Source: Lingula anatina
Taxonomy: Eukaryota > Animalia > Brachiopoda
DNA length: 64,000 bases
Assembly (NCBI GenBank): GCA_051362555.1
Contig: CM120640.1
Location: 62,784,788-62,848,787 of the forward strand
Reading direction: 5' to 3'
Position numbers and translations under genes: made by a program. This document shows, piece by piece, positions 1 through 14,700 of this stretch. Position 1 is the stretch's first letter. Every line of letters begins with the position of its first letter. The notes beneath the pieces are model-generated. The model saw nothing but the letters and a program-made list of their open reading frames with translations, made no database searches and was not told where the DNA came from.

Positions 1-1493
1 ATTTAATTTCCAAAATAATTCAACTGTTTTTGTCCCTTATCATACACATGCAGGAATGCTATTTCTTGATAACTAAAATGATTGATGGTCCAACATAAAA
101 ACTGAAATAGCACACTTCACATAGATAAATATATCAGATACCTAAAATGATTTCATTTTCTGCACATTTCCCAAGGAATGAAATATCATGAGAAATTATG
201 CTCAATGATATTTCATTTTCTGGTGAAACTCTTACTGAAAGGGCATTAGAATAATCCTGCAGACACTTCAAGAAAGTTTTTAACATGCACAAAAGTAAAA
301 GAAACCAAATCTTTTGCTGCTACTGAACCAAACACATTACATGTTTAATATCTGACTTCAATACGTTGCTGTATACAAATCGCACTTATCTCCCTAAACT
401 TCAAAGAGTCCAAATGTCACTTTCTAATTACTACATTTTTGCATTAATTAAAACACATTTGCAGATTTCAATGAGTCAAAAAAACTGATGAAAAAGAGGC
501 TTAATAAATCTCTTTAAAAGGAATTTAAAAAGAAATATCATTAAAAAAACTGGAGAATGAAGAAGTGTATAGGAATGAATGACTGGTTAAGGAAAAAAGT
601 TAAATGTAAATTCTGGAATATTTCCAGCAACATTTTAATAAAACTTTCACCCTGCATTCAAGCCAGTTGCTGCTAAGCAATCAACCCTGAAAACTATTTT
701 GCTTTGTTGCAAACTTGACAAAGCTGTCAAAAAAAAAAAAAAAAACTTCACCAGCAGCATAATCCATGGCGCAAGCAAAACCAGCCAAGCAAAGAGCTTT
801 TTATTTCCTCTGGTTAAGAAAGTAAGAACTGCATTCAAAAAGTAAGACCCTTGAACAGTATGTTACCAAGATGCTGAAAATAAATGCTTTCCTTTTTGAT
901 ATTCAAGATACCCATTGCGATATTCCTTGGTTGTGCTTTTCACCAGACACCACAATTATTAGCTTGAGAGAAAAATTGGATTGTCAGCATGTCAAATAAA
1001 TATTGGCAGTAAGTATCGGTATTACCGAAAGAGCATTCACCTTGATTCTGGGCAGAAAAGGCATCTTGGACATCAGACAATTTGTCATATTCAGTGGATG
1101 AATTATCATCTGAAAATCAAGAGAAGCTATGTCTTACCATCGGGATGTCTTCAAACCCTGAAAATTCATGGGACGAAATTGGGAGGAATACAGGAGTGGG
1201 AGGGCGTGAATCTGTAGCTGAATAAACTAAAAGGCAATTTAAATGCTACAAATCCATACATGTGGAAGAAGTTGGTCCTATTTGCTTGTGGTGCATAGCA
1301 ACCCTCCTGCCCAAGTCAGCCTTTATACAAGCCGAAACCAGTGACATCAAGTGCCCTTTCAGAGTAACATGGAGAATACTTAAGAAATGGTCAATTATGC
1401 ACCTGGCTACAGTTACTTGAAAGTGACAGCCTTTATGTGGCTTAGACTACAGAAGTTTTACACTGACAAAATAATTATGAGAAAACAGGCTAC

Positions 1494-4400
1494 CTTTCTG
1501 CCCACTGTCAGTAGATGATCTTCTTGAACTATCACTTGATTTGACTGCTAACCCTTCACCAGTAGATCCTACAGGATAGCAATATTAAAGTAAATAACCC
1601 CCATTTTACCAAGCAAACAATAATCAAGATGGCAATTCCCAACCCACCATGCTCTCAACTAATAATAATATATCAGTCATTTTACAGTATGTAACAGCTC
1701 TATATCATATTTTATTTTCCTTTAAGATTTTGACTCTATCCCCACCACGATAATTCAAAAGATCTATGAAATTTGACTCTATCCCCACCACGATAATTCA
1801 AAAGATCTATGAAATTTATTTTTTTCTCTATTTTAATGGGATAGGAAGAAGTGAAAAACTCCAGAGGTAAGAAGTTATTATGAATGGATAAAAAACTGTA
1901 AAATGGCCAATAGTTGAAACTTATTGCATATATTAATGTAATGTATGTACTTTACCATGCAGTATATACCACAACCATAGAAAATTTTGACTTAACAGTA
2001 TAGATTATAACTTTTATTCTCTGTTAATATATGCAATTAAATATTAATATACCAGTCTGCTGTGCCAGAGAGGTCAACTGAGTGGACTGTTTTATCAGTG
2101 ATACCCTATAGAAGTAGTTTCTCCAGAAGTTCTCTTCTTTCATCCTAAAAATATCACAGATACATGAAACAGAAGTAAAACAAAAATTCAGGGTTGTAAA
2201 CTTGAGCATTCTACACATTTAAAAGGTATTCTATGCATTTCATATAAACTTTCAAACATTATCTAACTTTTAGGGTCTGCATTCAGGTTTTTCATTGTTT
2301 TATATCTTCCAACTTTCTTTGAAGACCATCTGTACAAATGTTTAAAGACAACTTACATCTTTACGAATTAATTAAATTACGTCTATAAAAAAATTGCATT
2401 TTCACCCTTACTAAGTGAACTCAAAATTTATCTATTATTTTTAAGGCTCTTAGTGATAAAAGACCTCTTAAAAAACAACATAAAAATTACACCTATGAGA
2501 GCTATGTGGAATACACTTATTATAAACCACTTTTTACAGTGTTCACCTGCTGATTGGAAAGCAAATGTACATTATGGAGACCTGGCATTTGAAATATATG
2601 TTCCAAAACAAAAACAATCTAAAAACAATCTACCAAAAAAACAAAAGACAAGCAAAAAAATATTGACACCTTTAAAACTTCACTAAAACCCATATTTTCT
2701 AGAGTGTTTACACAAAGAGAACGAGTGCTATAAAATTATAATATTTTTTCATCATTATATTGCTGCTATTTTTTGTATACATTCTTTGTATTATCAGTGA
2801 CAATATAATGTTTTTTGTCAGTGCTTTTAATAATTTTAGATGTTTTAAAAGAACCAATGAAATTCTAATAGAATGCACAATAAAATATGACTAAGTGAAA
2901 AGTCAAGTGAATTGTAATTGTTACTACCTTATACGAAGTCATGAAAAAGATAACAGTACACATGAAAAACAATCAACTGCATGACACTTACTGTTTAGGA
3001 ACTAAATCAAATCGCATCTTTTGAAGATTCGGATCCTCTTGCAGTGTTGCCATGGCAACAGGAAATACCATATCATAATCAAAGTTGAACTGAACTCCTG
3101 TAGGAGGATTTCTTAGAAAATTCCTTTTGTCCTGAAAGTGAATAGAATAATCATTTTTCAGTAAATTCCAAGGTTCTTACTCACTAAACTGATGAAAAGT
3201 GGTTAATCAAATGGACAATTTAAATCAGATGGGGACAAAATCTTATTTCTATTTGCAAACTGTATCAAAATGTTATGTAAACCTCAAATATGCCTGGACA
3301 TTCATTACATTAGGGACAAAAACAAGAAATACAAAAGAAACAACTTCAGGCAAAAGACAAAACAGTTCTATACATACAGTAGATAAAGCCAGGATCTGGG
3401 TCTTCATTGCTTCTTCTTCATTATAACCCACCCAAGGAGGTACAGCAGCATCAGACAGCCTCTGCTTTTCTTTCTTCTCATTTACAAAACGTTCTTGTTC
3501 TTTGGAAAAGTCTCCAAGGATAGTCTAAAATTAATGTCACTTTACTTAAAACCATACAAATTCAAACTGGCAAAAGAAAATGCTTTGGAATTATAATACT
3601 GCTGCCATAAAAAGTGAATTTTCTTGCAAATGCAAAATACTAAGTTCATACAGATAATCTTGAATATTCCAAAATTTACAAATATGCAGCATAAATATGC
3701 TACAACAAAACAACTTTGTGTTATCAGGAAAATTACAAACAACTACAATATCAATTTATTTTTTGTTTATATCTACATATCTGTCTATCTATCTATTTTT
3801 TCACACAGATTAAATTTTTGTCAAAAATTCACTTACCTTTTCTTCTACAGTATGTTTGATTTGCTTAGCAGTGCTGGCAGCTGTAGATGCAACAGTCTTT
3901 GTTGCTACTTTGCCCACACTGAACAAATAACCTGTAAAAAGTCAGCCCATATCAAAATACCATTTATATTATAAAAGGGTATAAAATTTGACTTATATGA
4001 GAACATTTTCTTCACATGTTGCTCAGAACAATCGAGGTATATTATTACTCTAGATCATCCTACAATTTTCTTCATAAAAAAGAAATATTAATTTATAAAT
4101 ATACAATGCATACCAAGTAATTTATGGCTTGGAACCCCTTAAGCTAAATATGCTAGGTAGTTATCAACAATGTCAGAGATTGGAGTGGGGGCAAGAATTT
4201 TACAATGACTATTGCACAACAAAAACAAAGAAAACACCCTTTATATTAATTCCTAGTATAAAATTAGACTCGCCCTTCAAGAAATCGACACCTTCAAGAA
4301 ATCGACGAAAACCGGAAGTGCGTGTTTTTTGCACTGTTTTTCCTGTCATGCCTATCGTAAACACTGTGTTGTCAAGTAAAATGAAGCGTCTGATACAAAG

Positions 4401-6029
4401 TATCAAACGCGGCATTCACGTGCTTGCTGGCGATGCGTTCAGTACACTTTGTTTACACTGACAAGTCGAGGTCAGAAATGCACAATGTTTTTCTATGTAA
4501 TTACGCAGTTTCAATTTTGATTAGTGAATTTTCTTTTATCTGCATGGGCATTTTCCGAACATTTGTATAAGCCACGAAATATTTCTCATCGGAAAATCAC
4601 CCAGCAGCTTTCCAAGTACAAACGAGTGACGTCATGACGCACTTCCGGTTTTCGTCGAGATCTTGAAGGGATTAGCGTTACGGTTTGCTGCACATTTAAA
4701 GCGTTCTGTCTCAAAATGTACTCAACTGCTTGGATTGAAATTTACAGAACTTATTCTTCACATGATATCACACATATGTGCTTAATTTGAGAGCTTTAGC
4801 TGTTATATGTTTTCTACAGTGCCCATTCAAATTTGAAAAAGAGCTATTTTCCGTCGATTTCTTGAAGGGCAAGTCTAGGAAATTTTACTGAAATCTATTT
4901 TTTTTTTTAAATTTCTTAATCTTAAACTAATTCCGATACAATGCATATTTACTAAAAGCTTAGGATACATATTTAGTTATTCAATCATTCACAAATTATA
5001 TTTAATTATCTAAATCATTTATCAGATTCTGATAAGAAAACTTCTTCATCAGAGAAAAGCTGAATGAGAAGTCAGGTAATCTTTTCCTTGTCTTTGTTTT
5101 GAACTGCGCAATTCATCTATATAAAATATTCAGCACCAGCATATGAACTACAGCTGTTCTAGTCAGGTCTTATATTTAACTGGCATCTATCCAGATCACA
5201 TGCTCTTTGTTATTGTGTTAATAATTCATAAAACTGGAAAATACCAGATATTCTACTGGTTTGACATGAAGGCAAAGGAATAAGATAAAATCGATCGAGC
5301 AAATAGACATCAATTACTTAATTAGATTTTATGTACCTAAATAGACATTAAAAACCAACACTCATGAACATTGAGCATTAAGAGAAGAAAATTTACATTT
5401 TAAGAAAAATAATAACATCTTTAATTGACAAATCATATACTGACTTCCCCATTCCTTGGCAGCATGGATGGCTTTTTCTGAGACTTCATTCAGATCTAAC
5501 TGAATGCCTGCAGCAGGGTCATCAACCCCCTCTTTTGCTGGCTCAGGACTTTCCTTTTTCTCAGAGCCTTGGTCAGACACAGGCTCTCCACTGGGCTCCT
5601 AAAACAGAGGGGCAAAAACACTTAACACATACATGTGTGTAAATGTGTGCAATTGCAAAGAGTGTAATCTATGGTAGTTATCCATAAAATGTGATCAGGG
5701 TGGCTATATGAAACATGTTCTCTAGGTGCCTTGACCTTGTACAAGCTGTAGTAAGATTTTTGATATGTATGTAAATAATGAGATTATACATGTGTCTCTC
5801 TCTGTTACATTGATACTTTATCGTCCAGGGCGATGTCGCTAACCAGTACTTAATACATCTTTCAACCTTAAATTACCTTTGAAGCAGCATCTTCAGCTTT
5901 GGCTTGCGACGATGTCGTTTCATTTGGCTTCTCTTTATTGGACTGTCCTTGTTCTTCAGACACTGTCTCAGGCGCTGTTTCATCGTCACTTTTTATGCCA
6001 CGAAACCAACCAGAGACGGTACTAAACAT
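1494..6029 (-). CDS. SYAP1: Synapse-associated protein 1 (SYAP1/Sap47, BSD domain), multi-exon, 3' part incomplete in window
   Basis: Exons read on the minus strand with GT-AG boundaries and consistent phases: 5877-6029 ([11 protein letters not shown]...), 5445-5598, 3837-3931, 3378-3524, 2992-3131, 2053-2144, 1494-1568. The peptide contains SYAP1-typical segments [72 protein letters not shown] and BSD-domain [16 protein letters not shown]. No secure stop codon was found; further exons probably lie at lower coordinates or outside the window. Confidence 0.93.
1729..1817. repeat. Perfect 43-bp tandem duplication in a SYAP1 intron
   Basis: TTTGACTCTATCCCCACCACGATAATTCAAAAGATCTATGAAA occurs twice head-to-tail. 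Confidence 0.95.
4265..4877. mobile_element. Non-autonomous DNA transposon (MITE) with TA ends and nested inverted repeats, in SYAP1 intron 2
   Basis: Left TAGACTCGCCCTTCAAGAAATCGAC (4265-4289) is the reverse complement of right GTCGATTTCTTGAAGGGCAAGTCTA (4853-4877) with 1 mismatch. A second internal inverted pair lies at 4291-4323 and 4637-4669. CpG-rich against CpG-poor flanks. Confidence 0.85.
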
Positions 6030-6335
6030 CTTGGAAGTTTTTGCTTCTTAGATCAAGAGTTTTGAAGAGTTTGCAAATAAAATTCCTTAGCTCTTCATTT
6101 CAACGTAAACCAAAACAAAAATCATGGCTGAACTTCCGCACAAATATCATGACGTCATCTCAGTGTTTTTAAAACTATCATTTACTATCACCAAGGTCTA
6201 CTATAGAATTTTTTGCGCTTTGTGTGCTTTCGTGTCTACATCTTATGAAGCCATCTCACCAGAATGAAAGAGACACGTAAATTTATCAAAATAAGATGTC
6301 TGGTTTTACCCACAATTCCGTGTTTTGTTGACATC
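6030..6335. promoter_or_regulatory. Bidirectional promoter/5' UTR region shared by SYAP1 and PSMG1
   Basis: The two ATGs (6029 minus, 6336 plus) are divergent with only 306 bp between them. The region contains a full CRE palindrome TGACGTCA (6150-6157) and an ETS-like ACTTCCG (~6132-6138). No clear TATA box. Confidence 0.75.
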
Positions 6336-8753
6336 ATGGCGACCTTCTTTGGAGAAATACTGCCAGTCACGTCGCGCGCGGTAGACGAAGACGACGATGA
6401 AGAAGAAAATGCGTTAGAAACTGCAATGTAATATGTTTATTTGAATGGTTTATTGTTTGTAAGGGTATTTGTGTGAAATCTTTGCAAATGCGTTTTGGAC
6501 TCAAATTATTATTCAAATACTAACGTGCTTAACGTATTTTGTAGCACAACTGTACTACAAAAAGTACAAACATTAGCTGATTAACTATTCATTGACAGAT
6601 TCACTACTGATACTTGCTCGAAAAATTCATGCGTTAGCACTCCTATTGACGGTTCTGATATATACTAGCACATGAATTTTCGTGCACTGATACTATTTAG
6701 TAATAATATATAAGATTTTTGTTATATACTGTATGGACTAACGCATGATAGACAAATGAATTGATAATTTTAAGTTGTTATTTAGCTGGCGTGCCCTTAG
6801 TAATTGGTATACAACATGTTAAATAGACGTGAAGTCCACAATTAATTGTCCGCCTTTTACAGTTGTACATTGTAAGTTCAGTAACATTTTTCATCAAAAC
6901 TCACGATGCAGTGCACCTGCAAAAATTTTACAGCTCTCCTGCAGTGCTCAGATGGAGTCCACAAGTGAGATCAGAAATTGAATCATCTCCGAACCAGTGC
7001 CTGCACTGTTCCATACTTATCATTGCCGTAGGTCAAGCAGCGACAGGTAAAAGTGGCTAATGTTTACATTTATTTTAATTTTAACAAAAGGAGATAAAAT
7101 TTTGAAATATCTATTACGAAAAAAAAAAAAATTAATAATTCAAAGTGAACAAATTACTGTCTTACATCTGTCTGGCAAACTTGCAGGTTACTTAATAATT
7201 ATTTATGACATGTGGCTATTATTTTCCAGGGTTTACCCAGTGCTATGTTTTGTCTCAACAATCAGAAAAGATAGGTGCTATATGCACAGGACTTGATGAT
7301 AAGGACACGAGTACATTATCACAAGATGCTCACAGTGATAAAACATGCTACATATATCGCTTAGTTCATAAACCAGAAGTTGTTGTTGTTCAGTGTAAGA
7401 CTGAAGTACAGGCAGCCCAAGCTTTTTCTTGGACACAACAGGTGTTATATCTGCATAGTTGATTCTTCATTTCATATTCATCTTGGTTAAAGAGTGAAAA
7501 AATAACTTCAATTATTTTCCTGTGATATACCAGTAACAGTTGGGAATAAGTTTCATTAAATTGACAAATACTAAGTTGTATGTGTGTGGACAATTCTTGG
7601 ACAACTACATATTCTGCCTGATGTATATGCGTTTGGTAAGAAATTTGAATATACTTTACACTGTGAAACATTTAAACAGCATGCTTGTTTGAATTTTGAA
7701 ATTATTTATTTATCTCTCTGATTTTGAATTGATTTTTTCAGCTGTTTTCCAGCATCAATATAAACCACACGTACATAGCAGTTTTGACATGTGGCTCTGT
7801 GACAGATTTCAAGTGTGATGTTATGGTTTCCGACCTTCCTGCTCCTTTTTTAAGGGCTTTGAAAACCAGTTCTTTTCATGGACAGCCAATTGCTCCATAC
7901 CTGGAGCAGCCTAATACCATCTCTGGTCTTCCAGCACAATGTGAGTTATGATCAGGTCTCTTTAACCAACGTTTAAGTTGCAGATAGGTACACATAATGT
8001 GAAACTTGTTTATTCCTTTAAAGGCACACAATGAACCCAAAACCTTTATAAAATATAAATATAGCCAAAACAATTTTCTTGTAAATATTTACAAAATTTA
8101 TGTTTGTGTTTGTATGTAGTTGGAGTATTTAATTTTTTGAAATATTAATAAATATTTGGTCATTTTTTTTACTGCATACATTTGAGTTTAACATCAGAAA
8201 TACTACTTAATTGCTCATGTGTTAAAGCTTAAAACAAGATTTGGAAGATACCTAAGAGATATGCTTTTCATTTGTAACAATATTGTCATTTTCATTTATT
8301 TTAGTATTGACTCACTGTCAGGTAGAGAGGATAGCAGCAGTGCTGTACACGTGTTATACTGACAGTATACACCTTGATATGAACACAATGAAAACATTCA
8401 GGCCAGTTCTTCAAGTCACTCCCTTGAAAAATGTTATACAGGTAAGGAAATATTTTAAGAATTTGACTTGATACAACATGCCTACTTAAAGTAGACTTTT
8501 TTATATGTTGAGGGACATTTATCCAGCTGCATTTAATGTTAAATCTTACTTGACATGGATCAATTGTAAACCTTGAGCAGTTTGATTTAATTGAATATGC
8601 CAAGCAACTAAATATCTGAATAGAATGTGATTATTTTCATTGTTGTGAGTAAAATATTATCAACATTTACTGTTTCAGATCCCAGTCAATGCTGACAAAT
8701 TGATGGCTGAATTTGTTGACCGTAATCTACGGGATAATTTTCTCTATACTTGA
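6336..8753 (+). CDS. PSMG1: Proteasome assembly chaperone 1 (PAC1), 6 exons, ~275 aa
   Basis: Exons 6336-6427, 6934-7046, 7230-7441, 7742-7940, 8305-8441, 8679-8753; all GT-AG and in frame, 828 nt total. N-terminus MATFFGEILPVTSRAVDEDDDEEE, internal FLRALKT and LEQPNTISGLPA, and C-terminal HbYX motif (..FLYT*) match the PSMG1 family. AATAAA at 8813 and 9070. Confidence 0.93.
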
Positions 8754-11700
8754 TATTAGTTATTCCACAGACTCTTACTATTGAGGATATGAAAGAAAGT
8801 ACAATGACACTGAATAAATCCCATTTTTTTCATACCTTTATGAATGATTGTTGTGTGTACCTCTAAGGACATTTTGTTGGATTGTATAAAACCTAACAGC
8901 ATAAACATTTTCTTTTCAAAATAGCCATTGGTTTACCAGGAAATTTATGAACTGCATGGAGACATATTTGCAAAAGTTATTGATTAAATAATTATCATAA
9001 AGTGAACTCATGTTCTAAGAAATGAAGGTTACCAGTGCAACCAATATTTTGTTATATTATCTTATTCACAATAAATGAATAATTACCATTGTGTTTGAAT
9101 CATTTAGAATCGGTTTTGCCGATTCCGTTTAGCTTTTTAATGAGACTTAGACGAGACGCTATATACTAAGTAGATGGTAGTCACTTAGAAAGTGCCTTCT
9201 GCAAAATGTCTATGAATTGTGTTAGGTGTGATACATACATTGTGTTGACATCCTGTTTTCATTTGTGCCATGCACAGACGTTTTGTAACCACATTACGAG
9301 GCGCCAAAAGCGTTGCTCGGGCCTACCGTTTATATAGTGTTCAAATATTCAGCTTCTTTTTTTTCACTGTTTAGTAATTTTTTATGACATTGTGAAAGAC
9401 GAGATAAATGGGAGTACTAGATAGTAATAAAAGAAATATAGCTTCTAAATTTTATTTTTATCACATAACAATCACATAACTTTCAACAGGTCTGCTTATT
9501 CATTCATAGATTTAATTAATTAATTGTCATAATTCACAAATATATACCCAGTTTATGAAATATTCATATGTGAGGCTGCAAATGGGAGAAGAAAGCACCT
9601 TTGAGGGAGTAACAGTCAGTAAGAAGAGTACACAAAGACAACTTTTATGATGTTAAAGGCACATTTATCATCTGAATTGAAACGGCCATCTGCCGCGTGC
9701 TGCAAGCAAAATACAACTTTTAAACAGGGCAAGGTCGCAACATGTGAACCGTACGGCCCCTAAACATGGTCCTCGAGTTACCTATCCATGTTCCGTGTGC
9801 AGTGCTGTTCAAAGAACTCATTGCATGTATTTGTATGATGCCTTGGTGCGACAAGAAAGAGTCTAACAATTTTACCTAGGGCTTTTTCAACTCCAGTCGT
9901 GTAACATTGTTGTAAAATGATGGCGAGTGGCCCTAGGGAGTCCAACTAGCAGTCGCTTCAATTCGGCTTGTCGCTAATGGAATATAATCATTTCAAATTT
10001 AAGGAATGCTTGAAGGAAATTTATAAGTGTGGCTTTGCCATGGTAAAGATTTATTTACGTAAGTAGGTTTAAGTTTTGCATAAAATTAAGTATAACTACT
10101 AACTCTATCTCTCGTTATGGAAAGTTTCTGAAATGAAAACAAAATCTGACTTTCTAGAATTCTCACACATGGAAATATATATTCTAATTCGCTGCCACCT
10201 GCCCTATATTGATATGCTAATCAGCTCGATTCTAAAACCAGTGTTAACGCTAAATCTAACCAAAAACAAGAAAATAAAAAAATGTGTCAAGTGTGTGGAA
10301 ACTATATATTTTATTCAGCAGAGAGTCCTTTTTATATAAAAGAATTCCTTTAAGGTATCTTTCACTAGACCATAGACACATTTAAAAGTAGAATGAATGA
10401 CTATGAATATATCACGCATGTTACAAGGTTGAATTATGATGAACATTATGTTTTGTGGACGATGCGCTACCAGGCGCTTTGTTATGAAACTCAAATCTTT
10501 TATCTTATATCGACAGTATCACAACATAGTCTATGTACATGTATATGAATTAAGGTTTTGTTCCCTAATTCTTTGAGAATTTATATTTTCATTATTCCAC
10601 TTAACGGTGTGCTTGTACGTTACTTAAGTTAATCAAATAAACCATTTTGACAGTTATGACTCAAGGCAATCTTTTTATCAGGGTTACTTTTGATCATGAC
10701 CTTCTACTCGGACACTTAGAGCTTTAGCGCCAAAGGCCCCGCAGTGTTGCGCAAGACCCCTATTTTATCGTTTTGCTTGGTTCATTTTTCTCTAGTATTC
10801 TGTCACTTTAGATGTAGTCGACTTCAATTATAATAGGCGTCTTTATATAGCATATCTTCTATTTTACTTTTGCTACATCGCTTATGTAACATAAATAATT
10901 TCGCTTAGCAACCTAGATTTGTCGGCTGAGTAGGGAAATGAATTTGATATTCTGAGGTATTTGAAATAGTGGAATCAACATCGATCTATAGGCATTTTCG
11001 TTTTTTCTTTGGTTCATGTTTATGCAAATTCCCAATAGATTACTCTAAAGAGGAGCGATTTTATCATTAAATGTGTCCACTTGTAATGATCAATAGATTT
11101 CATAACGATTCTCTGATTATCTTGCTTTAAAATGACAAATAAATCACCGTCAAGAAGTTGTCTGTAGCTTAGTTCTTTTCTTATTTTGTGTTCTTATTTT
11201 ATTTTTTATATTGTCATAGATTGGACCAATTTTGTTATGCACATCTTTATATTTAGTCAAAGCATACACAAAATACAATAGCTTATTTAGACGATAATAT
11301 CGATAATATCAATTTTTCGCTTTTAATGACACCCCCTCAGTACCCCCACACCCATGCTGTTACCCCATGATTGATACTGAACCAATACAACATACTATTT
11401 TTTTTCTAAATTCTTGAGATACAGAAGGGAATTCTTTTATGTCATTCTCAAGTACCATAGATTATAGACCATAAATTATTTTAGTAATTTGCCTTCTTTT
11501 TGCATCCGTTTAAATGATTAATGTAAGAGGTGTTTGTTGATTGATGTAAGAGTTGTTTGTTTTGAACAGTGTTTAGATATTGATGTCGATACGTGTAGCA
11601 CCTATGTGCCTTTTAATCAATTTTCATTTGGAATTATTCATGGTATTCAATTGTTCTGCAACAATGCAGTACAACGCACAACAGTAAACGCACAGTTTCA

Positions 11701-14700
11701 CAAATGACTCTGGCAAATTTAGGAATGTTCTAATCAAAACTTTGAACCGCTTTTCGGTGGTCGATAATGCATTGTGAGTTTGGGTGTATAATACATAGTT
11801 AAGATCTACGTAAGTGCTGTTACTCGACTTTGTAATTATCCCCAATTTGCAAATCTTGGCTTATTTAAACATTGGTGTCGTTTTACAGAAATTGATATGA
11901 AATTGCCCTTCTGTTACGCTATCGTTTACATCTCGAACAAACAAACAAATTATGCACTGCAAACTAACAATGGGCACGCGTCGTGAGGTTTCTTTTCATC
12001 GGCCCAATGACCTAGAAGCAGGTCAACGAACGCCCCAACACAATAGCGTTTAGGATTATATCATGTTCAGAATAAAAGAAATGGACTAATGTCTTCAAAC
12101 GGACGCCGCCTTAGTGACCCAATGAACCCATGATATTCGAATCAATTCTATAGCGCGGTTGTGCTAAACGTTTTCCAATGGTCTGCTTACTCCCTCTTGG
12201 GTTAAAACTAGAGCCATTCTCTCTCACTCTCTCTCTCTCCTTCACATGTCCTAATCTTAAATGTGTCAGGGCCACTCAAATGACATTATTTTGGGGGTCA
12301 TAAATGACGATAAATCACAACGAAAACAAAATACTTTCGTAGTACCATTTTAATCACTACGGTTTTTTATGTGAGCACCGTCAAGAATTACAGTTCGTTA
12401 AGCAAAGTAAAATGCTTTCTTTTCCATGTTGTTTAAAATACAAACAACTTTAACGAGATGAGATAACTACCAATTCGTGTGTGGTAGCTAGACAGGCTTG
12501 AGAGAATGGTAAATATACTTTCTGATAACGTTTATCTGTTTTTGTTTATTCTTAACGGGAAGGGGTTGTTTTTAATCCAATGTTTTTCATGCTTAAGTTC
12601 CAACTCACAAGGATACCTTAATATAGCAGGTGCCCAAATATCATTTGGATTTGTTTTCAGAATAGCGACAAGCTTCTAGAATTTTCTTTAGGTCCACTTT
12701 TTTGTAAGCTTTGGTACTATTTTTTTTATATATATATTTTTTTTACAATAAAGTTTTATTTGTAAACATCTATAACAGACTCATGAATATAATTAACAAT
12801 GTATTTTTGATAAGACCACGGGGACTTAATACCACCGGGTATTGATTGATTTAGAAATAAGAAAGCCACTGGCACGCGTGATAGTGACTGTCACCGCTTT
12901 TACGATTTTTTGTGGAGGGGGAAGTCCTAGGGTCTGCGGCAAGGCACACCGGGTACACAGACGAAAGGCGACGATCCTCAGTAAGTATATTTCACAAGTC
13001 AGACAAGTAGCTCTGATTAAGAAGGAAAAGTTCCAGGGCACGTGGGGTTTAACGAATGTGTGCCAACATACATAACTTTCATGGGGAGTATTTCTCCTTT
13101 CTTTTGCCTAACTCAGCATGCGACACAAATAACACCTGAATCTTACAACGGTAAGGAGGCTCCAGAAACAAAAACTCAAGTAGTCTGCACTGCAGTTGAA
13201 GCGAAGTGCTTTCTCAGATAAGAGGCGGATTTGTACATTAAATTGCCCTAAGGTGAATGGACACGAATATCATAAATAACCGTATTAATACGGAACTTAG
13301 GATACCAAACAAGGGATAAGCTCCTCTCAGTTGTATGCTGTGCAACGATTAACATATTGTTCGCGTTAGGCTTGGTCGAGAAGTTCACAGTTTTGCACCA
13401 ATCAATGCAGGGACACCATTGAACTTGTCCTGTTGTTGGGCAAGAAATTTACTCTCCTCTTTTCAATTTAATCACGCAAGAATCTAAAGGGCCCCCTTAA
13501 ACCCTCAATTACTATTGATGCACATCTGTAAAGGCGCTGTTCCAAATGAAAATACACTTAAAATGAATTGACATTGATTGGATGAAAAGTTGAAATCCCA
13601 AAAACTAATAAAATTTTAGTGTTGATGTGGTTATGGTCGCTGCCTCTCACTCGGATTTGCATATCAACAACCGGATCATTAAAAAGCAGTGCGCGTGGTC
13701 TGAAACTTATCGTCGTTTCATCAAAAGCCACGTGCGCACTAAGATACACCTTTGAAAATGAAGTTCAAGGGTCAGCTTCCCTACCTGTAGATTCCATTCA
13801 AGTACCATTCTTAGAAGGAAAGGAGAGAAGACGCTGTTTTCCAATTCAATGCCTTCCTTGACATGAAATATGTTGATAGTTGGGGTTTATTTTTGGGAGC
13901 GTGCGGGTGCCCTTGATTGTCGAATCAAGTTGAGCTCAGAGAACATGTCTGGCAACCATGCTGGTAGTGGTGGGCGGTGCAAAATTACCCTCCATTTGGA
14001 AGCTCCTTGACAACAGACTTCATTTTCTTTTTGTATCTTTGAATACTAGACCTCTGAATTCGAAATGAATCGAAACGAGTGCATGCACACGAGAGTCATC
14101 AATAAGACAACCGGGTAAGAGCACAATGGCACAATATCCCACGTTATATAAAATTGTTTTATTTTGGCCTTTTAAACAATGTCATTGTCGCACAAAAGAT
14201 CTCTCGCGAGCAAGAGTCAATTTTTTCCAAGAAAACTTGCTAACTAAAAAGTTAATACCTTATAGAATGTGTTAATAAAGACGTGCCAAAAACTGTCATG
14301 AAGTTGAAGTTGCTTTTACACATCATCTCGAAAACCAAATTAGTATGCAATGGTATACTACTAATACAAGTCAGTAAAATGGTTGAAATCTGCTTAATAT
14401 ATGACAATTAGAATAGTTTTTCAACATATATTGGTTTATGTGTTAATTTTTGAAAAAAGAGTATGGAATTTTAGAAATAGTTCAAAGATTGCTAATTTGA
14501 ACACCACTAGCACGTTCAGAGGCAATGAGGATTCAATGGATGTTAGCAGCATGAGTACATACAATTCGTAACATATCTAGATAAGATATTATTCAGACGA
14601 TTCGAAATTCAATCTTCATTGCATGAAAAAAGTCAATTTTACATGAAAGAATTATGGTTTAGAGACATAGTTTTGGATTACGTGCAAATATGCACCCTGC

